From Anaerolinea thermophila (GTDB taxonomy: Bacteria; Chloroflexota; Anaerolineae; Anaerolineales; Villigracilaceae), in assembly GCA_022729775.1 (NCBI GenBank), contig DZBA01000001.1, positions 1 through 32,944 of the forward strand: 32,944 bases of DNA. Direction: 5' to 3'. The notes under the pieces were generated by a model. It saw only the letters and a list, made by a program, of their open reading frames with translations. It searched no databases and was not told the DNA's origin. Positions 26,146-32,944 of this stretch are shown in pieces; within the stretch, counting starts at the first letter, position 1, and each line of letters opens with the position of its first letter. Both the position numbers and the translations under genes were made by a program.

Positions 26146-27432
26146 GTGATGGATGAAAACAAAGCCCTGAACGGGCAAGGAGTCGAAGGTACACAAGGAG
26201 ATCAGCCGAACCACCAAACCATGGAATCGCTGCTGGAGACCGAATCCTTAAGTGTGGATTTACCCCAGGTAGGCGAGATTCGCAAAGGCATGATCGCAAG
26301 CATCAGCCCAAATCAAATTCTCGTCAGCGTCGGCGCAAAATCAGAAGGCGTAATTGCCGGGCGCGAGCTCGAGCAGTTGACCGCTGAAGAACGCGCCGCA
26401 TTACAGGTGGGACAGGAAGTTGACGCTTATGTCGTCAACGCTGAAGATCAAAATGGCAATGTTGTCTTATCCTTGAAGCGCGCCCAGGAAGAACTCTCCT
26501 GGGAAAATGTCGAGAAAATGATCGCCGATGGAACCGTGATTGACACAAAGATCATCGGTTTCAACAAAGGCGGCTTGATTGCCGAAATTGGCAAACTGCG
26601 TGGGTTTATTCCCTCATCGCAAATCAGCGCCGCGCGCCGCGTGCAAACCACCGGCGACACACCGGAAAAACGCTGGCAAAAAATGGTTGGGCAGCCGATC
26701 TCGGTTCGCATTATCGAGATGGACCGCGAACGCCGCCGCCTGATTCTTTCTGAGCGACTTGCCAACCCCGAAACACGCGCCTCGATGAAAGAGCGCGTCA
26801 TCAGCGAACTCGAAGAAGGCAATGTTTACAGCGGGCGCGTTACCAGCCTCGCCGACTTTGGCGCCTTCGTCAACCTCAATGGCGCGGATGGTCTTGTGCA
26901 TCTCTCCGAGATTTCGTGGGAACATATTACGCATCCGAAGGAAGTCCTCGAAATTGGGCAGGAAGTCCAGGTCAAGGTCATCAACATTGACCGCGAAAAG
27001 AAGCGCATCGGCTTATCCATGCGCGCGTTGATGGACGACCCGTGGAAATCACGCCTCGAAAAATTCAGCGTTGGGCAACTGGTGGAAGGCACCATTACCC
27101 GCCTGACCAAATTCGGCGCGTTTGCCCGCCTTGAAGGAGACATCGAAGGACTGATCCACATCTCCGAATTGAGCGAGAACCGCGTGGAACATCCCAAAGA
27201 AGTTTTGAAGGAAGGCGAAGTCAAAACCCTGCGCGTTATCCGCATTGATACAGACCAGCGCCGCATCGGTCTCAGCCTTCGCAAAGTGGACTCCGCTGCC
27301 TTTGCCGACAAAGACTTCAAGATGCTCACGAAAGAATATAAAGAGCAGCAACCCGAAGAAGCACCTCAAGCCCCGCAAGAAACAGAAACACCCGAAACAC
27401 CAGACACACCAGTCGAAGCAACACAGGAATAA
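26146..27432 (+). CDS. rpsA: 30S ribosomal protein S1 (four S1 domains, acidic tail)
   Basis: GAKSEG, NKGGL, RGFIPSSQ, DFGAFV..GADGLVHLSEISW, FGAFA...EGLIHISEL. Start may be ATG 26149. Confidence 0.92.
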   Translation: MMDENKALNGQGVEGTQGDQPNHQTMESLLETESLSVDLPQVGEIRKGMIASISPNQILVSVGAKSEGVIAGRELEQLTAEERAALQVGQEVDAYVVNAEDQNGNVVLSLKRAQEELSWENVEKMIADGTVIDTKIIGFNKGGLIAEIGKLRGFIPSSQISAARRVQTTGDTPEKRWQKMVGQPISVRIIEMDRERRRLILSERLANPETRASMKERVISELEEGNVYSGRVTSLADFGAFVNLNGADGLVHLSEISWEHITHPKEVLEIGQEVQVKVINIDREKKRIGLSMRALMDDPWKSRLEKFSVGQLVEGTITRLTKFGAFARLEGDIEGLIHISELSENRVEHPKEVLKEGEVKTLRVIRIDTDQRRIGLSLRKVDSAAFADKDFKMLTKEYKEQQPEEAPQAPQETETPETPDTPVEATQE

Positions 27433-27435
27433 AAT

Positions 27436-27467
27436 AGAGCGCGCCCGCAAATGCGAGGCGCGCTTTT
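27436..27467 (+). terminator. Intrinsic terminator after rpsA
   Basis: AGCGCGCCCGCA-AA-TGCGAGGCGCGCT plus TTT. Confidence 0.7.
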
Positions 27468-27474
27468 CAATACT

Positions 27475-28560
27475 ATGACACTCATTGTTGACGCCCACGC
27501 AGACATTGCCTATAACATGCTCCGATACGGACGCGATTACACGCGCTCCACCGCCGAAACGCGGCAAATCGAAAAAGGTTCCGCCACTGTTCTTGATAAT
27601 GAAAACGCCTTACTTGGCTGGGCAGATTATCAACGCGGCGAAGTTGCCATTGTCTTTTCCACGCTGTACGCCCTGCCCGCGCGTTGGAATAAAAGTGAAG
27701 ACAAAAAACAAGTTTACAAAAACTACGATGAAGCGCACAAGCTTTACCGCGAACAATTGATGACCTATCACCGGCTGACCGATTCCGCGCCGGACAAATT
27801 TCGCCTCATCGCGTCACGCTCTGACCTCGAAGCGATTCTCGCGCACCGGTCTTCATCCAGCCCGGAGGGACACCCCGTTGGCATGGTGGTCTTGATGGAA
27901 GGCGCGGACGGAATCCGCGACATGGGTGAATTGGAAGAATGGCATCAACTCGGTCTGCGGCTGATTGGTCCCGCATGGGTGGGGACGCGCTACTCCGGCG
28001 GTTGGAAGGAACCCGGTCCCTTAACACCTGATGGGCGCAAGCTGCTCTCCGCGATGACCGATTACAACTTCACCCTCGACCTCAGCCACATGGACGAAAA
28101 AGCGTCGCTCGAAGCGTTGGATATTTATCGCGGTCCCATTGTCGCCACGCATGGAAATTGCAGCGCGCTGCTTCCCAACTCAAATTCAAACCGTCATTTT
28201 TCAGACCGCGTCATCGAAGGCATGATCGAGCGTGATGGCGTGATTGGGGTTGTGCCGTATAATCCTTACCTCAAAGCGGGCTGGTCGGTTGGAAAAAATA
28301 AGCGCGAAGAAGTCCCGCTCGACGTGGTCGCCAACCACATTGACCACATCTGCCAGGTTGCCGGAAATTCGCTGCACGCCGGTATCGGCTCGGACTTCGA
28401 CGGCGGCTTTGGCTTGGAATCTGTCCCGCCAGAGATCGAGACCGTTGCCGACCTGCAAAAATTATCTCCGTTATTGCAAGCGCGCGGATATTCCGAAGCG
28501 GACGTTGCCAACATTTTGGGCGGCAATTGGATTACGCGCTTAAAAAAGAACCTGCCTTAA
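27475..28560 (+). CDS. Membrane/renal dipeptidase family (M19)
   Basis: DAHAD, MEGAD, DLSHM, ATHGN, IDHI, GSDFDG, GGNW. Confidence 0.9.
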   Translation: MTLIVDAHADIAYNMLRYGRDYTRSTAETRQIEKGSATVLDNENALLGWADYQRGEVAIVFSTLYALPARWNKSEDKKQVYKNYDEAHKLYREQLMTYHRLTDSAPDKFRLIASRSDLEAILAHRSSSSPEGHPVGMVVLMEGADGIRDMGELEEWHQLGLRLIGPAWVGTRYSGGWKEPGPLTPDGRKLLSAMTDYNFTLDLSHMDEKASLEALDIYRGPIVATHGNCSALLPNSNSNRHFSDRVIEGMIERDGVIGVVPYNPYLKAGWSVGKNKREEVPLDVVANHIDHICQVAGNSLHAGIGSDFDGGFGLESVPPEIETVADLQKLSPLLQARGYSEADVANILGGNWITRLKKNLP

Positions 28561-28572
28561 ATTGGAGTTCAA

Positions 28573-29046
28573 ATGGACCTCAACCAGCCCGACCTCTTAT
28601 CAGAAAACTCCCCCCGCGACGATGCGGTCACTCCGCGTTTGCGATTCAGTTTTGCAATTTCTATTTTGGGGCTGCTCATTTTTTCCGTTGGGACAAAGCC
28701 TGACCTGTTCGGCTGGGATAGAAGCCCCGTTGTCGGTTTTGTGCAAATTGCGGTTTTCCTTGCGGGGCTTGTCTTTATTTGTCTGGGCGGATATATCGGT
28801 ATTCAGGCTTTATGGTGGGGACGCGAGCGCACCATCCTTTCGGACATTGGCTCGCGCGTGGTTGCAACCGGGTACGTCATTTCGGTCTTTGCAGGCATGG
28901 CGGATGTCTTTGGCATGGGGTCGCAGCCATATCCGCAAACGCCTTATTTTGGACCGCTGCAATCCGGCGGCGTGCTGATTGGTCAGGTTGTCATTGCCAT
29001 TGGCTTTCTTATGTTCATCCCCTATCCACTTCAAAAAAATCGGTAG
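28573..29046 (+). CDS. Hypothetical membrane protein (about 4 TM)
   Basis: GGAG RBS, four hydrophobic segments, follows the dipeptidase by 12 bp. Confidence 0.7.
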   Translation: MDLNQPDLLSENSPRDDAVTPRLRFSFAISILGLLIFSVGTKPDLFGWDRSPVVGFVQIAVFLAGLVFICLGGYIGIQALWWGRERTILSDIGSRVVATGYVISVFAGMADVFGMGSQPYPQTPYFGPLQSGGVLIGQVVIAIGFLMFIPYPLQKNR

Positions 29047-29062
29047 ATATTGGGAAGTTTAC

Positions 29063-29105
29063 AAAAAGAGGAGACCGGAAGTAAAACTTCCGGTCTCCTC
29101 TTTTT
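29063..29105. terminator. Bidirectional terminator between convergent genes
   Basis: 20-bp perfect IR AAAAAGAGGAGACCGGAAGT-AAA-ACTTCCGGTCTCCTCTTTTT. Confidence 0.85.
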
Positions 29106-29938
29106 TATCCCAAGTCTTTCATCACAGCAATCAACTTTTCTTTGTTCATCAATACGCGGTAAAACCAATCCGTAATCCTGATTGGCGACAAGCGCGTCAT
29201 CAAATCGCCCACGCGGACTTGAATGCCGCCGAGCAAAACCTGCTTGCGGTTATGAAGCGCCGCGTCCACAATTGCGCGGGCGGGGACTTGCGGGTCGTCG
29301 AGCGTGGTAAACGGATTCAATAGTTTAGCGTCGCGCATCTTTTCCAAATCCATTTTTTCGAGCATTTGCGTCTTCGTCCAGCCGGGCAGGATAATCGAAA
29401 CGCGAACGCCGCTGCCCGCCACTTCGCGCCGCAGTGCGTGACTAAACGCGGTCAGCCCGCTGCGGGTGGATGCGTACGCGGTTTGTCCGGGCGATAACAC
29501 AATGCCTGCCACGCTGGTTACGTTGATGATGTGTCCCTGCTTGCGCGCCAGCATCAAGGGCAGAATCAACTGCGTCAACCGCATGGGCGCGTACAGGTTA
29601 ATCTCGACCATTTTTTTGAGGTCATTCGCGTCATGTTCGCAAAAATCACCGCCCATAGAAACGCCGGCGTTGTTCACCAAAACATCCACAACGCCAAAGG
29701 TTTGGATGACAGTTTGAACCAGATTTTGCAAATCCTCTTCATTGGAAATATCCGCGGGGACGGACAAAATCTCCCTGCCGTATTGGACAAGTTCCTTTTT
29801 TACATCTGACAGGATGTCTGCCCGCCGCGCAACCAACACCACGCGCGCGCCCTGTTTTGCAAATTCATGCGCGGCTGCTTTTCCAATTCCAGAAGACGCT
29901 CCCGTGATGATGACAACTTTATTGTTAAGTGAGTCCAT
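29105..29938 (-). CDS. SDR family oxidoreductase
   Basis: TGASSGIG, VARR, NNAG, S...YASTR (catalytic YxxxK appears as YxxxR). Confidence 0.9.
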   Translation of the reverse strand: MDSLNNKVVIITGASSGIGKAAAHEFAKQGARVVLVARRADILSDVKKELVQYGREILSVPADISNEEDLQNLVQTVIQTFGVVDVLVNNAGVSMGGDFCEHDANDLKKMVEINLYAPMRLTQLILPLMLARKQGHIINVTSVAGIVLSPGQTAYASTRSGLTAFSHALRREVAGSGVRVSIILPGWTKTQMLEKMDLEKMRDAKLLNPFTTLDDPQVPARAIVDAALHNRKQVLLGGIQVRVGDLMTRLSPIRITDWFYRVLMNKEKLIAVMKDLG

Positions 29939-29963
29939 AATATGATTCCTCTATCGCGTAATT

Positions 29964-30578
29964 TTACGCGCTTTGATTCAAAAACCTTCTTGTCTCTTCG
30001 ATTTTTTCCTTTGCCACTTTGCCCGCCGCTTCCCAGTGATCGAGCATTTGCGTAATGGTCAACACCGCGCGCATGGAATAGCCCGCCTGTTCGAGCGACT
30101 CGCGCGCGCCGGATTGGCGGTCAACCAATACGACGACATCTTTAACAACCAGACCCGCGCCAGTTAATTTTTCGATGGCTTCGAACTTGCTGCCGCCGGT
30201 GGTGGCAAGGTCATCAATCACAACGACAGTTTCGCCCGCGTGATATTCTCCCTCGATTTCCGCCTTTGTGCCATACGCCTTCACTTCCTTGCGCGGATAA
30301 ATCATTGGATAATCGCCCTGCAAAGAAATCGAAGTCGCAATCGGAATCGCCGCGTAGGGAAGCCCCGCAATACGCGCAAAATTAAGTTCGCGCAACAAAG
30401 GCAAATACGCCGCGCCGACCTGTTCCAGCAATTTTGGAAATGAAATGATGTAACGCAGGTCAATATAGATGGGAGATTTAAGTCCCGATTTTAACGTGAA
30501 TTCGCCGAATTTAACACAACCTGATTCGAGTAAAGCGTCGGCTAGTTCGTAATTCGTAATTGGTAATTGGCTCGACAT
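29964..30578 (-). CDS. pyrE: Orotate phosphoribosyltransferase
   Basis: GEFTLKSG.KSPIYIDLR, RKEVKAYGT, VIDDLATTGGS, LVDRQ. Confidence 0.93.
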   Translation of the reverse strand: MSSQLPITNYELADALLESGCVKFGEFTLKSGLKSPIYIDLRYIISFPKLLEQVGAAYLPLLRELNFARIAGLPYAAIPIATSISLQGDYPMIYPRKEVKAYGTKAEIEGEYHAGETVVVIDDLATTGGSKFEAIEKLTGAGLVVKDVVVLVDRQSGARESLEQAGYSMRAVLTITQMLDHWEAAGKVAKEKIEETRRFLNQSA

Positions 30579-30605
30579 GTAGGTTTCCTTTTCGAAATTA
30601 GAGGG

Positions 30606-30929
30606 TAGGGCAATCGCATTTGGTTTTTTATCCGCTAATCTCCACGAATTTACACTAATCTTTCTGAAAAAAAATCGTGAGGATTAGCGCAGATCAGCGG
30701 ATTCTCAAACACAAGGCTGCGTTTTGAACGCTGAGAGACTGTTTAATAACTCGGTTTAACCTTCTTGATTTATGCGCTACAAGCCTTTTGTACACGGATT
30801 TGACGGATTACGCGGACTTACGCGGATTTTTTTAAGATTTTTCCGTGAGAATCCGTGAAATCCGCGTCATCCGTGTACAGAAAGGTACTTATTAAACAGT
30901 CTCTGAAGATTTCTAATGCGATTACCCTG
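30606..30929. mobile_element. 324-bp non-autonomous element (MITE) with 15-bp TIRs and 10-bp TSD
   Basis: TAGGGCAATCGCATT / AATGCGATTACCCTG (13 of 15 match); AATTAGAGGG duplicated at 30596-30605 and 30930-30939. Confidence 0.8.
30735..30903. mobile_element. 169-bp MITE nested in the above; IS5-family (IS1031-like) ends
   Basis: Perfect TIR GAGACTGTTTAATAA / TTATTAAACAGTCTC, flanked by TGA on both sides. Confidence 0.8.
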
Positions 30930-30971
30930 AATTAGAGGGTATTCGATAAACACACCGATTATAATTCGTTC

Positions 30972-32741
30972 ATGCCTATTCGTCTTTTATCTTCCGAAGT
31001 TGCCTCACAAATCGCCGCCGGCGAAGTCGTCGAGCGCCCCGCGTCCGTCGTCAAAGAACTGACCGAAAACTCGCTGGATGCCGGCGCGAAAAGCATCTCC
31101 ATCTCGATAGCAGACGCGGGGCGGACTCTGATCGAAGTCGCGGACGATGGCTGCGGAATCCCCGCCGCGGAGTTGGAACTCGCCGCCGCGCGTCACGCCA
31201 CATCCAAATTGAGTCAAGCCGCCGATTTGTTCCGCATCTCAACGTTGGGATTTCGCGGCGAAGCCCTCGCTTCGATTGGCTCGGTCTCGCGCATGACCAT
31301 CACCGCGCGGATTGAATCCGCAAAGGAAGGCGCGCGCATCCAGATAGACGGCGGCATCACGGAAAAAATCGAAAAGGTTGGCGCGCCAGTGGGGACAGTG
31401 GTGCGCGTGGAAAATTTATTTTACAACGTTCCCGCGCGTTTGAAATTCCTCAAAGCGGATATGACCGAACGCCGCGCGATTGATTCTCTCGTCACGCGCT
31501 ATGCGCTGGCATATCCCAATGTGCGATTCAAAGTCACAGACGGGAAGCAAGTCACATTGCAAACCGCAGGCGATGGAGACCGCCGCGCAATTCTCGCCGC
31601 GCTGTATGGCGTGGATGTTGCCAAGCAAATGCTCGAAGTCATCGCGGAAGAGGATGGCGTTTCTCTCACGGGTTTCATCAGCCCAACTTCGCTGACACGT
31701 TCCAACAGAAAAGAAATCACCTTCTTTGTCAACGGGCGCTGGGTGCAGGAATTTTCTTTAACCGCCGCGCTGTTACAGGCTTATCACACGCTCTTGATGG
31801 TGGGGAGGTACCCGCTGACCGCGCTGTTTTTAGAAGTCGCCCCCGAAGATGTGGATGTAAACGTGCATCCCACCAAAGCGGAAGTACGCTTCAAAAGTCA
31901 GGAGAAGATATTTAGTTTCGTGCAGCGTTCCGCGCGCAAGGCATTGCTGGCTTATACGCCTGTCGCTTCGGTCTCTCCGCAGTTATGGGGAAAGCGGGAA
32001 GTTCCAACCGAGAAAAGGGAAATAGGAATTGATTGGAGCGTAGCGCATGATAACGAGGTACAAGTTACAGGTTACGGGTTACAGGTTGAAGGTGAGGAAA
32101 CGCCCGTATCTCGTAACTCGTATCCTGTATCTAGCGAGCAGTTACCGGTAAACGGCGTTCCCCTCCTCCGCCTCATCGGTCAAATCGGCTCGACGTACCT
32201 TGTCGCGGAAGGTCCCGATGGCTTATATCTCATAGACCAGCACGCGGCACATGAGCGCGTTTTATTCGAAAAGTTGATGGCACAGCACGAGAAGAAAAAT
32301 ATCCCCGCGCAAAGTTTGCTCACGCCCGAAGTGGTGACCCTGCCGCCGCAGTCCGCAAAGGCGTTGACCGCGCAACTTCCTTTCTTGAATCATTTTGGTT
32401 TTGAAGTGGAAGAATTTGGGACGAACACCTTCCAAGTGCGCGCAATGCCGGTTTTGTTCGCGGGCGGGGATTCCGCTTCCGCGCTGCGCGCGCTGGTGGA
32501 AGATTTTGAGGAAGATGAAACTCCGCTGCAAAGCGAACTCGAAGCAAAACTCGCTGCGCGGGTATGCAAGCGTCTCGCCGTCAAGGGCGGACAATCGCTC
32601 ACGTCGGAAGAACAGCGCGCGCTGCTCAACGACCTCGAAGCGTGCCTGTCTCCGCGCACCTGTCCGCATGGCAGACCGACGATGATTCACCTTTCGGTGG
32701 ATACGCTGGAAAAGCAGTTCGGGCGCAGGGGCGCAAGATAA
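30972..32741 (+). CDS. mutL: DNA mismatch repair endonuclease MutL
   Basis: IAAGEVVERPASVVKEL.ENSLDAGA, HATSK, GFRGEAL, DVNVHPTK, DQHAAHER, CPHGRP. Confidence 0.97.
   Translation: MPIRLLSSEVASQIAAGEVVERPASVVKELTENSLDAGAKSISISIADAGRTLIEVADDGCGIPAAELELAAARHATSKLSQAADLFRISTLGFRGEALASIGSVSRMTITARIESAKEGARIQIDGGITEKIEKVGAPVGTVVRVENLFYNVPARLKFLKADMTERRAIDSLVTRYALAYPNVRFKVTDGKQVTLQTAGDGDRRAILAALYGVDVAKQMLEVIAEEDGVSLTGFISPTSLTRSNRKEITFFVNGRWVQEFSLTAALLQAYHTLLMVGRYPLTALFLEVAPEDVDVNVHPTKAEVRFKSQEKIFSFVQRSARKALLAYTPVASVSPQLWGKREVPTEKREIGIDWSVAHDNEVQVTGYGLQVEGEETPVSRNSYPVSSEQLPVNGVPLLRLIGQIGSTYLVAEGPDGLYLIDQHAAHERVLFEKLMAQHEKKNIPAQSLLTPEVVTLPPQSAKALTAQLPFLNHFGFEVEEFGTNTFQVRAMPVLFAGGDSASALRALVEDFEEDETPLQSELEAKLAARVCKRLAVKGGQSLTSEEQRALLNDLEACLSPRTCPHGRPTMIHLSVDTLEKQFGRRGAR
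32056..32153. repeat. Palindromic heptamer cassette inside the mutL linker
   Basis: AGGTACA AGTTACA GGTTACG GGTTACA ... CGTATCT CGTAACT CGTATCC TGTATCT. Confidence 0.75.
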
Positions 32742-32759
32742 TTTTTAGCAAAAAAGAAA

Positions 32760-32790
32760 TGGAGTCCAGAAGTAAAACTTCTGGACTCCA
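32760..32790. terminator. Bidirectional terminator hairpin
   Basis: TGGAGTCCAGAAGT-AAA-ACTTCTGGACTCCA with A-rich and T-rich flanks, between convergent genes. Confidence 0.8.
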
Positions 32791-32794
32791 CTTT

Positions 32795-32944
32795 TTATTC
32801 TTCCACGTAGGGGACATAATCCGCGCGGGCGATGCCCTGCTTGATGGCGGTTTCGGCAACCGCGCGAGCGACAGCGAGATGCACCTTTTTATCCAACGGG
32901 CTGGGGACAAGTTCACCGGGCGGGGTCATATCCGCTATGACTTG
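32795..32944 (-). CDS. 3' end of a probable NAD(P)-dependent malic enzyme (partial, not in ORF track)
   Basis: Manual translation QVIADMTPPGELVPSPLDKKVHLAVARAVAETAIKQGIARADYVPYVEE* resembles malic enzyme C-termini. Confidence 0.7.
   Translation of the reverse strand, partial: QVIADMTPPGELVPSPLDKKVHLAVARAVAETAIKQGIARADYVPYVEE

Noticed and set aside
27350-27430. 9-bp periodicity at the rpsA 3' end
   Set aside because: Encodes a low-complexity P/E/T tail and is not palindromic; ordinary disordered extension
30579-30971. Structured ncRNA or PyrR attenuator upstream of pyrE
   Set aside because: Hairpins are explained by TIR/TSD-bounded elements; no PyrR-binding loop recognised
32800-32816. CTTCCACGTAGGGACA as a third parS
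   Set aside because: Several mismatches, not palindromic, inside coding sequence
1-32944. tRNA, rRNA, transposase, integrase, prophage or anti-phage defence genes
   Set aside because: None recognised by motif; nearly all sequence is accounted for by the listed genes and repeats

Overview
About 33 kb of bacterial chromosome, probably Chloroflexota/Anaerolineae (inferred from gene content, a GAAC-N4-GTTC box and leaderless-type starts). The left half is dominated by eight polytopic GT-C-fold membrane glycosyltransferase genes. Mixed among them are an RcnA/NiCoT-like transporter fused to a PD40 beta-propeller, a rhodanese, two tandem STAS proteins and a YprB/MrfB-like exonuclease. The right half carries an FHA-GAF adenylate cyclase, a YtrA-type GntR regulator plus an SdpI-like gene bracketed by two perfect parS sites, and a CPBP protease remnant. 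It also carries a PPDK_N-type ATP-grasp protein, a sulfotransferase plus GT2 pair, rpsA, an M19 dipeptidase, an SDR, pyrE, mutL and the 3' end of a malic enzyme. No rRNA, tRNA, CRISPR or transposase was seen. The most unusual signal is non-genic. Short-period (7, 8 and 9 bp) tandem-repeat cassettes, often palindromic, sit in intergenic gaps, inside nested MITEs with clear TIRs and TSDs (30596-30939), and in frame within proteins (a GT loop, the MutL linker, and the PyrE and GT2 N-termini). All calls come from reading motifs by eye; no database search was run.
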